The position numbers and the translations under genes are program-made. DNA of 60,033 nt, filler included, from Squatina squatina (taxonomy: Eukaryota), in NCBI GenBank assembly GCA_031763465.1. It is 4 parts of 4 records of this genome, joined end to end, with 100 filler letters (N's around TTAATTAATTAA, not from the genome) between each part and the next. Parts side by side here need not be neighbours in the genome. Positions count along the whole stretch, not along the records: positions 1 to 15,755 come from JARFOE010000001.1; 3 more parts are not named here. One strand, given 5' to 3'. Shown piece after piece: positions 1-13,400 of the stretch; the first letter of the stretch is position 1, and each line of letters starts with the position of its first letter. The notes beneath the pieces are model-generated. The model worked only from the letters and a program-made list of their open reading frames with translations. It was not told where the DNA came from and made no database searches.

Positions 1-225
1 TGTTATGTCAGAGCTATTATCTTGATAATTGTAGCTCCTAACTAAAGTAAGCATGAAAAGTACGGATTATCATTGTTAATCAAAACGATCTAAATTTGTT
101 GAATCCATTAAGGCATTATATAGGGAATCATTCCTCTTACATGAATTTACATGGAGAATTAAATTTACTGTGATACAGTTTTAGGCAGCTTACTGAACAT
201 CAAACAATTCTTTCTTTTCCTCCAG

Positions 226-326
226 GGAAACCAAATTCTGAGTGGCCTTTCCCTGGATGAGTATAAAATGACTCTGAAAATGATTGAGCAGGCCATTCTA
301 GCCACAGACCTAGCAATCTACATGAA
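226..326 (+). CDS. PDE5A: cGMP-specific phosphodiesterase 5A, internal catalytic-domain exon
   Basis: tttcctccag|GGA...ATGAA|gtaagt; translates [33 protein letters not shown](K), matching the PDE5 motif [24 protein letters not shown]. Confidence 0.93.
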
Positions 327-1599
327 GTAAGTATTGAGGACAGACACATGGCAGTTCAGAAGTTCAATCTACACATTTTAAAATTGTTTGAAGTGCTGAA
401 TCTTTAAATAGCAAAATTCATACATGTGTTACACATAACAGAAAAAAGGAGTGGTTTTCATTTTACATTGGCAAATATAATTAAATTCACACTGCAAGAT
501 AATCTTCTTGGACCAGCCTGTCAGTTTCCTTCACAATGAACATTGGGAGAGCTTAAATTAGGTTGGCAGGGAGATGGGAATGAAAGTGTAGATTCATTAG
601 GGCAAGAAGCAAAGCTTGAAATGGAAAGCAGAAAATTAGAAAGTGATTTTGGAAGGCAGAGGTAACAAAGGCTAGAAAATCAACAACCAAGAAGATTGGC
701 AGTGCTTAATTGTATTTACTTTAATGTAAGGAGTCCAGTGAGTAAGGTGTTGAGCTGAGGGCACAGATAGATACGTAGAAATATGATATCGTAGCTATTA
801 TTGAAACATGGCTTAAAGTAGGGCAGGAATGGCAGCTCAACATTCCTGGTTACAGGATTTTCAGACGAGATAGAGAGATCGAAAAGGAGGGGTGTGGTCG
901 CAATATTNNNNNNNNNNNNNNNNNNNNNNNNNNNNNNNNNNNNNNNNNNNNNNNNNNNNNNNNNNNNNNNNNNNNNNNNNNNNNNNNNNNNNNNNNNNNN
1001 NNNNNNNTCTTTGTACGGTAACCATCTCCAATTGTTTTCACTTATTACATGTTTATAACTCTTTAAGGTCGATGACATAAACAGCCAAATCCATTACAAT
1101 CCAAGTTTCATTAAATCATACACCTGATATCAATAAAGTGTCAGTTTCCTCCCTTTTCCTTTTATCAGATACCCTTTGCCAAGCACCATTTCATGATTGA
1201 GGGTGGGCAGATGAGCCAGATGATCCCAATCTGCCAATGTTGCTCTTGAGCCAATCATTGGTTGAAGAACAACAGAGCAATTCACACTCCAATTTATTTG
1301 AATTCCAGCTTCTGTTCAGCACCGCATAGAATATGCTGGCTGAAACCTGTACAACGCCATTTTGTGGCGCCACATGTTTCAATACCAAGTGCTGGGCTAA
1401 TATTCCATATAAGTAAATTTGTATCCTGTTGCAACTTGTTGTAATCTTGTTACATCCTGTTGTTTATGGCTCAGCCAGTACTACAGTCATTGTCATAACA
1501 GAATTACTATCAAATTAAACAGATTTGCTTCCTTCAGTTAGCTTTATCAAATAAAATAAGAAACCCAGTTTGTGTTAATCCTGCAACTACATTTTTCAG

Positions 1600-1674
1600 A
1601 CAGCTGAACTTGTGGCAACAGAATTTTTTGAACAAGGTGACAAGGAGAGAGAGGAATTGAACATTGAACCCATT
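1600..1674 (+). CDS. PDE5A: PDE5A internal exon
   Basis: atttttcag|ACA...CCCATT|gtatgt; [25 protein letters not shown], the PDE5 [20 protein letters not shown] motif; 75 bp, phase 0-0. Confidence 0.92.
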
Positions 1675-3150
1675 GTATGTNNNNNNNNNNNNNNNNNNNN
1701 NNNNNNNNNNNNNNNNNNNNNNNNNNNNNNNNNNNNNNNNNNNNNNNNNNNNNNNNNNNNNNNNNNNNNNNNNNNNNNNNTTGCAGGAATGGTGAAAATG
1801 ATCAGTTGCTGCTTGATTGAACCTCCCCTTTAAGAGCTGGAATGAGCAATTGTGTCAGACTGAAGGATGATTGCTGAATGCAAGTCACCTGTAATTCAAT
1901 AGCGCGCTGGTGGTAGTGCCCCACTGAGGTGATTAGCGCTTGGTTTACTGCCCCCCTTCCTTCCTGGGGCGCTAAAGCCCAATTTAGAAGTTGTTCAGCA
2001 TCCTTTGCACCTGGTGCTAAATTTTCAAAATTTACAAAGTTAGCGAAACGGGGCGCTACCGAATTTCTCCTCCTCTAATTCCAGATTCTGTTACCACAAA
2101 CTCTTAATTCAAATTAAATTCATCTTATGAGTTACCAGAAGTGAAAATGTAATGTTGCAGCCATCTAACCTGTGTATTTATAGGGATGCTCAATCTGCAA
2201 GATAGCATTGCCATTTCTCCTGAGAGACTGACGTGTTGCCCATTTCCTGGTTACTTTAAACCACCATGAAGGAAGCAGCTCTTCCTGTTTACATAAACCA
2301 TCGAACATGTGTCAGTCAGTTGTGGGAGGCGACGAGCAGAGAAATGAAAGCAGAATTTGATTTAAGTCTTGCAGCGTGGCAATGTCTTCTGAGCAATGAC
2401 CCATTGCTTCTGTTTCCTGCTTTGGCAACACGTGTTTTTTGTAATATAGCTGATTTGAAACCATCAGGAAGCAAGATCGTGGCTGTTATAAATTTTCAAT
2501 TGGAAGGAAGCATTTCTTTGTCAGCATCTGTCCAACAGTTTGTAATCTGAGGACTTGCTACTTGGAAGTTATCTAACTACAAATAAGTTCCAACCAACTG
2601 AAGCCAATCGTGAAATAGTGACTTGCCCATGGCATTTTGCTTTTCACTGGTACATCTCAAATTAAGAATTCAAATATAATTCCGAGCATAAAAAGACAAA
2701 TTAAGCAAAGATTTCCAATCAAAATTTAGTAATTCTAATTGAAATCAAATGTTAGTAATTTACAGCAAAAGAAGCACGAAAGAGTTGAATAGGATTTTCA
2801 TCCGCTCTACTGGGTGGGAATGGGCGTGTAGTGTGGTTAAAATAGTAGTGCTATTGCCACGGAAGTCTGGATCGCCACTATTTTGGTTGGGGCTTTGTAA
2901 GCCGTGAGCCCAAGTGCCTGATTAGCCAACACACACTCCGCCCATTGGTATTTAGGGCTAGAAATTGATTCACGTCCCATTGAGGTGCTCACGGGGTGGG
3001 AGCCGACATTTCTCCTGCCGGCCCCCGCCCTGCCCTGCCCCCCATGGAATNNNNNNNNNNNNNNNNNNNNNNNNNNNNNNNNNNNNNNNNNNNNNNNNNN
3101 NNNNNNNNNNNNNNNNNNNNNNNNNNNNNNNNNNNNNNNNNNNNNNNNNN

Positions 3151-4096
3151 GCCAGCCACACTTCACTCCTACCACTCTGTTGGAGAGCAGCTTGGTGCAG
3201 ATCAGCAACACGTTGTCAGGTCATGGATAAACTATTTGTCATCCTCTTTATGCAGCAGACACGTTGGCATCCAAAGTCTGCAATGCCATGATCATGGTCT
3301 CCATGGACTCATGTGAAACTCCATGGAGGTGGACTGTCTCTCCATGGCAGACATCCCTGCAATTCCCTGGATTACCAATCCACTAGTGATTGAGTTGGAC
3401 TCCTCCATCCTCTTTGCTATCATAGAAAGTGTGTGTGGCATATTTGTCACTCGTTGGCTAAATTGCTGATGTACCTTTAGTATTCTCCTTCTCAATGTCA
3501 GCCCCTGGGGTTCAGCATCGGTGTCTAGCTGAGCAGAGCTTGGAGAGGATTATATCCCCAGCCCCCCAACAGTGAACTCTCCACAGCTGTCCCTGCTTGT
3601 GAGGTGTGAATCACCAGGTGAAAATCCAAGTAACTCTCATTGGAGCCACTGAAATGAGTATTTGCGCTGGCGCATGGCTATCGGTCCTGTGATGGTGCGC
3701 ACTGGGAAAAATGAGATCCTCTGAGGAATTGTTGTGCAATACTTGCTGTATGCGTGAAGGCCCTGGAAGACAAAAGAAAAGGATATAATTTAGTGGCAAA
3801 GTCACAATCTTGACAATCACCATACTCCATCTGCTCATAGTTCAGTCATTGATAAAATGAAGTCAGCATAGGTGTGTCAGAGATATTTGTAATCCTGTCA
3901 CCAGCTATCTGTGAACTTCCTTTCTCTCCATCTCTAACTGAGAGGGACTCAGATGTGTCACTTACCTCTAGGGCACCCTCCACTGCATCTGTGAGCTGGA
4001 CTATTTATGGCAGTGTACCTTCAGTCTCTCTCCCTTGCATTTTGCACTCTTCTCCTACAAGGGGTGCAAAAAACAAACCTGTGAGTGAAGGTGAGG
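3151..4096 (-). mobile_element. Decayed DNA-transposon-like coding remnant (possibly Harbinger-type Myb/SANT accessory ORF)
   Basis: Broken minus-strand ORFs with acidic/Ser-rich and coiled-coil character (RRRILKVHQQFSQRVTNMPHTLSMIAKRMEESNS); no catalytic motif seen. Confidence 0.3.
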
Positions 4097-6029
4097 NNNN
4101 NNNNNNNNNNNNNNNNNNNNNNNNNNNNNNNNNNNNNNNNNNNNNNNNNNNNNNNNNNNNNNNNNNNNNNNNNNNNNNNNNNNNNNNNNNNNNNNNATCA
4201 ATTCTGATCAATATTGCTTTTGCCTTGTCCTTTTCTGCTATTATATCCAACCCTTTCAATGCATCTTATGTCATCTGTTCCCATCTGCAGCTCAACAAAA
4301 CGTTCTATACTCTCTTAGCTCCATCTTTTATCCGTCTCCTATTTATACCCATATTTGTATAATATTCTAATGCCAATATTTTAGCAAGTTACATATAGAT
4401 CTGATTACAGTAGTTGAACAGTCCTATATCAAGGTTGGGAATGCCACCAAAGAATAAGTAAAACACAGGACTGTCAACCATGTAATACAGACTAGCCCAG
4501 TGATTACTGGTTCTAACTGCCAATTAAGAGAAACTTATTTGAACCTTAATCTTGGGTGAGATCATAATCATGTTCCACTGTAGGCTTTGCCCAACCAGAT
4601 GGAAGAAACCCCTCTCAGACAGGGAAAGCCGAATCATGAATCCTTTATCTATGAGGAGGGAAAACTTAAAAGATGAGGATGCTCGTCCCTTTCTGCACTA
4701 CTCCAGTGCACCTTTTGGTAGGTTGCCCAATGGGTGACATTGACAACTTGTACAGAGGTATTGGTAGGCTGGAGCATCCCAGCCAATCAACTGAGGAGCA
4801 TAGAACAGATGCAGAGGATTAATCTGCTAAAGCAGAAAATAACTGTGTAGGAGATGGAAAAAATGGGGGGGAGGGAAAACAACTGCGTTACTCATTCATC
4901 CCTGGGGTGCTTTTGATTTATGAACCTTCCAAAATCATGAAAATAATTCTCTTAAAATACCATCTCTGAAATATTATCTTTTATATTACTTTATATCAGT
5001 TTAATTCATCATCTTTGCCATGTACAATTATAGGGTTCCCTTTCCCCAAATCCAATTTCTATGCTCAACGAAACTAACATCTAATTTTAGAATCAAACTC
5101 AGATTAAAGCCCAATAGAACAGCTAAGAATAATGGGTAATAAATGTATCACAAGTTTATTTTCATTGATTTGCATTCTGAATTCAATGGGGACCAGTCAT
5201 TTTGGAAGGAATTGCTAATGTTTTCCTTTCCTAGCTGTCAATCACAACATGTTACATATGCAATTAATTACATTGAAACTTACATCGAGCTTCATTACCA
5301 TCAGTAACATCAAAGAGTGAAGAACAAAAAAAGAAAATTGATAGAACTAAACGATCAAAATAGTCAGGATAGTTATCAAAGTAAAATGAATTCCTACAGT
5401 AATGCACTTTATTTAATCTCTCAACAGCAGACCAGTAAACCAGAGAGTTTCTGACCTCTTGTCTATAAAGCAATAGCTCATCATAATGCAACATTTAGTA
5501 ACTGATAACTTGATTGCAACAGATTGTTCTTATTTGCAAACAAGGTGCAGACCTCCTGACAATCACACCATTGGAATTCTCCCCATCAGCATAATCCTAA
5601 ACTACAACAGAAGGAGAATGGATTTCTTATTCACGGTTTTCCTCTTTCTATCCTTATGACAGTGATACATGCCAAGGTCTGGTTCTACAAATGCCAACAA
5701 ACATCAAATATCTCGTCCAGGTTGCCATTCAGAGAAAATTAGCAGGGTTTCAGACAACTGGGCAGCAGAGCAGTGCTGGGCACAAAACGTTCACCCGCCT
5801 TGCACATCCTTCAGCAGGGTCAATGGACAGTGATCAAGACTTGCTACCGTTGCCAAGTTTTGCCCTCCCTAGCTCGGGATCACGGAAGAAAACCAAAAGC
5901 ATCCCACTGGAACAAACTAAGTCGCTACTAAGTAGGGATCAAATCAGGAACTTTCCCATTAGAATTACATAGGACATACAGCACAGAAACTGGCCATTCG
6001 GCCCAACCAGTCAATGCCGACGTGTATGC

Positions 6030-6567
6030 GCCATCAACATTGTCTCTGCAAAATCCTACAAATCCACTGACAGGATAGGCGCATCAATGTCAGCGTCCTC
6101 TCTCAGGCCAACATCCCCAGCATTGAAGCACTGGTCACGCTCAACCAGCTGCGATGGGCGGGCCACATTGTCCACATGCAAGACTCCTGAAACAAGCACT
6201 CTATTCCAAGCTTCGTCATGACAAGCGATTACCAGGAGGGCAGAGGAAGCACTTCAAGGACGTCCTCAAAGCCTTCCTGAAAAAATGTAACATCCCCACT
6301 GACTCATGGGAATCTATGGCCCAAGACCGCCTGAACTGGAGGAGAAGCATCCACGAAGGCACATTTCGAGCTTCTCCGGCGTGAGCACGTGGAGGCCAAG
6401 CGCAGGCAGCGGAAGGAGTGTGCGGAAACCCGAGCATCCTCCCGCCCTTCTGCTCCAGCTGTGGTAGAGTTTGTGGATCCCAGATAGGACTGTTCAGTCA
6501 TCTGAGAACCCACAACTCCGGAGTGGAAGCAAGTCTTTCTTGACCTTGAGGGACTGCCTAAGAAGGA
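6030..6567 (+). mobile_element. RTE-clade LINE, 3' ORF fragment
   Basis: RLLKQALYSKLRHDKRLPGGQRKHFKDVLKAFLKKCNIPTDSWESMAQDRLNWRRSIHEG followed by a zinc-finger-like CGRVCGSQIGLFSHLRTH, typical of the RTE/BovB C-terminus. Confidence 0.8.
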
Positions 6568-7624
6568 AGGTCCAACCAAGGTTTGATACAATTTTAGCGT
6601 AACACTGGCGCTATGGTTTGACAGCACCAGCTCCCCACCCCATACATTTTGCTGGAAATAAATATTAATAACCAGTACTACTTATTCTGGTTATTAATAT
6701 GTATGATGAAAGGAATATATTCACATTTTGTCAATAGCATTGCACCTGTGATTTCTTAGTGCTGGTCTGTGACATTAATGTTATATAAAAGCAGGAAAGT
6801 AAATAGTCATGGCTGAGGTTGGTAAAAGGATTTGGGGTCATTTATTTGCTATCAATGATGGCACATAACATTACCTTTTAGTAATAAGTTTTGAAACCAT
6901 CTTCATGGTCCTATCTAACTGGATTTTAGGAATATTTTCACGTGACCACTGTTTACCTCACGAGGTTACACAACAGTGTTGAATTACATTGATTTCCCCT
7001 CCCTCATGTATCCATGGTACGTTTAACTGTTATGCTCTACTTGGCCTTCTATTCACACACGTTTACACTAGAGGTACTGTTTGACTAGCATCTTGGCAGT
7101 GGCCAAAGCAGAAGAACATCATGACCTAGAGATGAGGCAATCTGTTGACAAAATGAGTGAGGGGCTAAATCAATCTGGCCTCAAGCTTGCCCAGTTATGC
7201 CAAACCAGGCTGGATTCAATTCTGAAACAATCCAAAGAAAGCACTATTTAAAAAATCAAATACAGTCTGGAACTTTCCTCCATTCACAACTGGTCAGATT
7301 TCTGAAACTCCATCGAGGCCATGTTCAAAAGGGTGGGGGAACCACCCAGAATGTTTGATCANNNNNNNNNNNNNNNNNNNNNNNNNNNNNNNNNNNNNNN
7401 NNNNNNNNNNNNNNNNNNNNNNNNNNNNNNNNNNNNNNNNNNNNNNNNNNNNNNNNNNNNNCAATGGTCCTGTTAAGGAAACCGGCTGATGACATGTCGT
7501 CATGTTAATTGGCCAGGAAGCCCGCAAGGCGGGCTTAACAAGCTCATTGCTGGGAGATTGCTTGAGGAGGGTGGACTGCAGCCAAGAGCATGTTTCCCAC
7601 AGTCCATCAATGCCATCCGAACTC

Positions 7625-7956
7625 GTGGCCCCTATCTCTGTAATCTCCTTCAACCCCACAACGCTTCAAGATACCTGTGCTCCTCTAATTCTGACCTCTT
7701 GAGGATCCCCAATTTTAATCGCTCCACCATTGGTGGCCGTGCCTTCAGCTGCCAAGGCCCTAAGCTACTTGAATTCCCTTCCTAAACCTATCTGCCTCTC
7801 TGCCTCTCTTTCCACCTTTAAGATGCTCCTTAAAACCTACCAATCTGCCCCAATATGGCTCGGTGTCAAATTTTGTTTGATAACGCTCCTGTAAAGCACT
7901 TTGGGATGATTTACTACGTAAAAGTGCTCTCTCAATACCAGTTGTTGTTGTTGTTG
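7625..7956 (+). mobile_element. L2-clade LINE 3' end
   Basis: RSTIGGRAFSCQGPKL motif, conserved 3' UTR (tttactacgt..aagtgct) and (GTT)n tail; closely related to 45892-46570. Confidence 0.8.
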
Positions 7957-9618
7957 AAGTGGGGCAAGGACTGGCAAATCAGAGAAACTAGAAATAAAAT
8001 AATTAAATCTTCTAAAATGAGATTATCAGAGTTACTTCATTAAACAAAAATCTAAATACTCAGTGAAGTGTATCCAAGATAAACAAAAGCGTTTAAGCAA
8101 AAAAAATTCTGAATACCTTCACATCATTATCGAGGTATTCGAACACCCAGGGGACACTTGCCCTGCGCCCTGCCTTTGGTAAAGTCCTCCATGTAATATT
8201 TGAAATTGTCAGTGTTCTAGTCGAAAATTGTTTCAATCTTGTGTAATCTGCTGAAAGTTCCCACTTGGGTGCCAATAACGTTNNNNNNNNNNNNNNNNNN
8301 NNNNNNNNNNNNNNNNNNNNNNNNNNNNNNNNNNNNNNNNNNNNNNNNNNNNNNNNNNNNNNNNNNNNNNNNNNNNNNNNNNGTTTCACTGCTTCATTCG
8401 CTTCAGACTGCCTGAGATGTCAAAGGAAAATCTGAAACAGATGGTTCTCCAACAGATGAGGCAGTTTGACATGAATCAATTCCCACACCCTCTTTAAATC
8501 TAATTTGAGAAGAAATCTAGGATTATTTTCTAGGTGATCTATTTGATCCATGAAAACAAGTAGGTGTGTGGTAATAATTTGCCATGAAGGTAAAGTGCCC
8601 AAGCCAAACCTGGCCAGACACAGGTCACTCCAAGAGTCCAGTCCCATGAATTCTTTCATATAGAGCAATAGAGTCCTTCAGAACTGCTTAATGTGATTGA
8701 TTTGGTATGCCACTTGAAACATCAATGGTTATGACTGAAATGAGTTAAATCTGAGGAAGAAGGAAAGCTGAACCCAAAGGTCTGCTCATGATCTTTCTAA
8801 AAGAAAATAGAAAAATCTGTTTTTAGACAGCTACACTCTCGATTGACCTCATAAGTATACACTGGAAACAAAATGTGTTTGCTGGCTGTACAAATTTATA
8901 ATATTTCTCGACAAAGCAGAGTAATGGAGTTGTAGGATAACACTAATCATCTATGCCCTTATGTTTCAATTGTGTGCAATTTTTGCATCCAATTATCAAT
9001 CAGTGTAAAAGCATACTGTATGCCATAAGAGTACTTGAGTGATGTTACCCTCAGACTGCATATTTAACATCAGTTTCTGCTAGCTGGTGAATTAATTTAG
9101 CTAATTAATAGAGAATGGATTCAATTAACTTAAGTGAGCCAGCCATATTCTGATATTTTAAACCATTTTTGTTACCTGCACTGGCAATTACATTAGAACA
9201 ATGATTGACAAACTTAAGCCAATACATTTATTTGTGCATTCTAATACATGACAGAATTTACAATATAAAATGCATTTGAACCAATCTAATGAATTTTGAT
9301 TCTCCATGAAGCAATTCAAATACTTTTTTTCTGATACGTTTGCGTGGTCCAGTATGTGTAATGATCCTATTTGTATTACTGCAGCGCTCAGAAAGGACAT
9401 TTAGAAAATTTGAAACAGTAATATGTTTGTGGAGAAAATAAATTATGTGTGTAATTTTAACCCCCTCAGGATGGATGGGAAAGGGGCGGTGGGGCTGCTA
9501 ACAATTTAGAAATCTGAANNNNNNNNNNNNNNNNNNNNNNNNNNNNNNNNNNNNNNNNNNNNNNNNNNNNNNNNNNNNNNNNNNNNNNNNNNNNNNNNNN
9601 NNNNNNNNNNNNNNNNNN

Positions 9619-9740
9619 GACTGAGGGAGTTAGGATTGATGGAGTTAGGACTGAGAGAGTTGTGACTGAGGGAGTTGTGACTGAGGGAGTTGTGACTGAG
9701 GGAGTTAGGACTGAGAGAGTTGTGACTGAGGTTACCGAGA
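9619..9740 (+). repeat. 15-bp minisatellite, unit GACTGAG(G/A)GAGTT(GT/AG), about 7-8 copies, runs into a gap
   Basis: Direct tandem periodicity visible in the sequence. Confidence 0.9.
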
Positions 9741-10166
9741 CTGGAGATTCCATGAAAAGAAACAGTCATGTTTAAGAAAATGGCTCAAAATAGAATTAAA
9801 GGCAGAATACAATTGAAAAGGGACGAGGGGAGTAGCAATAACCTTTTACAAAAGCATTGTTATTTGGCATTACCAGTCCCATAATGTCTGATTTATGGTT
9901 CAGTGATGCAAGGCTAATGTTGGCAAGTGTATCACCTTTCATCTGTCACTGCTTCGAACTGTGAGGCACACACACAATTTTTAAGATGGTGGCAATAGGG
10001 AATGTCCAGCTTAGTATTGTGATTGCCAGCAGGAGTCTGTTCCAGCTTAATTCAAATATTATGGTTTTTGTTGTAAGAAAAAAATCGTCAACCTGTCAGG
10101 GAATTTATTTTTATTAAATCTTAGAAAAAAATGACCTAGATTTGGTATGTACTGGTTAGAATCTAT

Positions 10167-10445
10167 GTCAGCCTGGTTCAGTGGTCGCCCTCTAACACAG
10201 TAGGTTGTGGATTCACATCCCATTCTATGACTTGAGTACATAATCTAAACTGACATTTCAGTGTGGTGCTGAGGGAGTGCTGCATTGTTGGAGGCGCTGT
10301 CTTTCAGTTGAGATGTTAAACCAAATCGCTATCTCTACCTGATCAGTTGGATATAAACGATCCCAGGACATTGTTTGAGTTATCCTGGCTATCATTTATC
10401 TCTTAACCGACACCACTAGAAACAGATTAGCTGGCCATTTATTTC
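10167..10445 (+). mobile_element. tRNA-derived DeuSINE (SacSINE1/AmnSINE1-like)
   Basis: tRNA-like head (gcctggttcagtggt...ggattcacatccca) followed by the core gctgagggagtgctgcattgttggaggcgctgtctttcagttgagatgttaaacc. Confidence 0.7.
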
Positions 10446-13400
10446 ACAATTTAGATCTTCATTTCAGTTCAGTAATGAAGGTGTGTCATTTCTCAGATGC
10501 AGTGTTAAACTGCGACCCCATCTTCCTGTTCAGGTGGGTGTCAGATATCTAACCACAGTCTTTGAAGAAGGAAAGGCACTTCTCCGGGTGTCATTATTCC
10601 TTCAANNNNNNNNNNNNNNNNNNNNNNNNNNNNNNNNNNNNNNNNNNNNNNNNNNNNNNNNNNNNNNNNNNNNNNNNNNNNNNNNNNNNNNNNNNNNNNN
10701 NNNNNTGGAGTTAGCGGCCATTTAGCGGGGGACGAATTTCACAGCCCAAAGTTTAGCGCTGAAAATCAGCGTTAAGGCTTTAACGCCCATTTAACGTCAG
10801 TTTAGTGCCAAAAGAAAATCACGAATTGGGCGGCCTAAACCCCATGAGGTGTGAGTGCTATACTGTGCGCAGATAGATTTCTTATTAACAAGTAAATGGA
10901 GGATACCACACATGTTCATACAAGAGATCGGGAAAGTATTCCATAATCCAGGGCATGTCATAATAGGGATTCTATTTATTTCAACAAAGTATTGGTAAAT
11001 AAATGGAAGTTTTGGCACGACCCTTAATTAGCTTTTATTAGAATATTTGCTTCATTTAAAATATATACAATTTTATGTGTGTGCCAACTTTTGTGAACAG
11101 AGAAGTACCTGAAAGGTTACAGGTAAGCTGTTGGTAGTGCAGTTTTGGCATGGTGTATCACTGAGCTCCAAGTAGTTCTCAATATCATCTATTGAATGAA
11201 TGTTGTTTAACAATTCAAAGGCTATTTTCATGACTTGCAATAGTTTATGGAAAAAGTCTTGTCAGTAAAGCTTGAAGAATGTTATTATTTCCTCTTCCTA
11301 CATTTCCATTATTGGGAATTGCTGCATGACATCCCATCTACTAAATTTCATTTCTCTGATTTGAGGAATGCCTGCAGGACTGGCTCACGTTCAAACAGTC
11401 CTAAATCAATAGAGAACTTTGTACACAGGAGGGCTCACCATGCTAATCACATTACACAAACTAAACATAAGCTTTCTGAATTGAATTCCAAAGGGGGCAA
11501 TTGAAATTTGGCTGGTGAGTCCTGCAGTGGGATATACCCCCATCAACCAACAAGCAGCTTATGTAGGTTGCACATATTGCCAGAAAGAAAATGATAAAAG
11601 CAGTCTTGTTAATAATTGAAGCTTAATATCACANNNNNNNNNNNNNNNNNNNNNNNNNNNNNNNNNNNNNNNNNNNNNNNNNNNNNNNNNNNNNNNNNNN
11701 NNNNNNNNNNNNNNNNNNNNNNNNNNNNNNNNNACAACTTCTCTGGATTGGGGTGGAGGTGCCCCAACCTATCTTTTAAAGACAGTTTTTTAGCAAATCA
11801 AAAGCCCAGGATTTAAAGATTGACTTGCAATATTGAGGTGACCAATCTTAAAAGCTATTTTTAAGATTGTGGCACAAGAAAGTTTAAGACACTAAAGTTT
11901 ATGGATTATCATAACATCTTTTATTTCTATCTTTGTACATGTTGGAAATTACATTGGAGCTAATAACCCTCAAAAATCTTAGTTGCCAGTGCTATTACTA
12001 TTGGAGGTCTGTGTGCTTTGTTTTCTTTTTGAATCTTTTCCCAAGCCACCCTTGCTTGCAACATCAGTGTTGCAGAAACCTGTTTATCAGGTGTATTGGA
12101 CAACCACCAACAGTGCCGTTTCTAGAACTGCAATGAAAGGTAATAGTGGACAAGGGAAACCTTGTGCTGCTTCCACTCAAACTATCTATCTATAACTACC
12201 TTTAAAAAAAATAAAATACTTTTAGATTTTGTCTTTCCAAACTTGAAAGCAGTTTGAGCTTGAACACCAGGATAAAGTCTCGTTAGTGTGATGGTAGTGG
12301 TGGGATATATTTTGAAGTAATGCATTTAATCACTCTAGAAGCATACCTGCTTAATGCTGAAGCATCCAAATTAAGTGTAATTTTTCCATTATTTTTTCTT
12401 TAAAAATTAAATGAATTAACAACTATGTTTAAATAACAGACATAGGATTATACCAATATTACAAGTAGTAGCTTCTAAGCTGACAAAAATATATGGGTGC
12501 CATAAGAAACAAGGATCAAGAGCAAGTGTATTCATTTGTTTACTAGATTACCACAGCTTAAAGATTCACTATTACAGTTTTCAGTCCAGTTTTCCGGGTT
12601 GTACTTTCTCATATGAAATAGTATACACATAAGAATATATTTACATACATATAACAGTGCCTGAGTTTCCAAATGTGCGGTCCTAGCACTGAGCCTTGCC
12701 CGTCGGGAGCACACATTCAGAAAATTGGCCCTAAAAATTCAATGCTAAAATGCTGGAAAAGACATTAAATAAACATGCCCTCAGGCCCCTCTGGAAAAGT
12801 AAATCTCACACTGCATGACCACTTCTAAAATCCCCACTACGCCACTGCTTGAAGAAGGCCTTGAGCCTAACCTCTAGGCATCAGAAGTATGGAGGCCTGG
12901 CTGAACTGAAGAGAAGGGTTTAATTGCAGTGAAACAAGATGATGTTAGAAAAGATAGTCAGGAGAAAGTTTTTGTCATGTGTGTGGCTTGTGTTTCCTTA
13001 ACTGCCCTCCAATCAGTTTGACATCCATTTGTTGAATGTCAGTCAGATCTCATTGGGGTACCCTGAAGCGGACTGTACAAAAAAAGCTCACCACTGGTCA
13101 CTTCTAGTAAAGCATGGGTTTCCTAAATGCAGCTACAAAGGGTGAAGCATTTTCATCTGTATTAAGAAGTGCCCCACAATGTCAGTCAATCCAGCTCTCT
13201 TCTGTGGAGAGTTTAAAGAAACACATTCAAATAATGGAAAATGTGAATAACAGTCTAAGTTAATCAAAGTAAGAGCGCCTTAAAATATTTAGGTAAATGT
13301 GAAAAGATACCAACAGCAGTTTTAATAATGCAGACTTAAACTAATATTATTGGTAGGTTTAACTGAATTTAATATAAAACATACCTAGATATCCTTCAGG

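Noticed and set aside
8093-8282. Exon-like minus segment (NTDNFKYYMEDF.../PWVFEYLDNDVK|gt)
   Set aside because: The two plausible halves are in different frames and match nothing I recognise
9619-9740. CRISPR-like array
   Set aside because: Head-to-tail 15-mers with no unique spacers, in eukaryotic DNA
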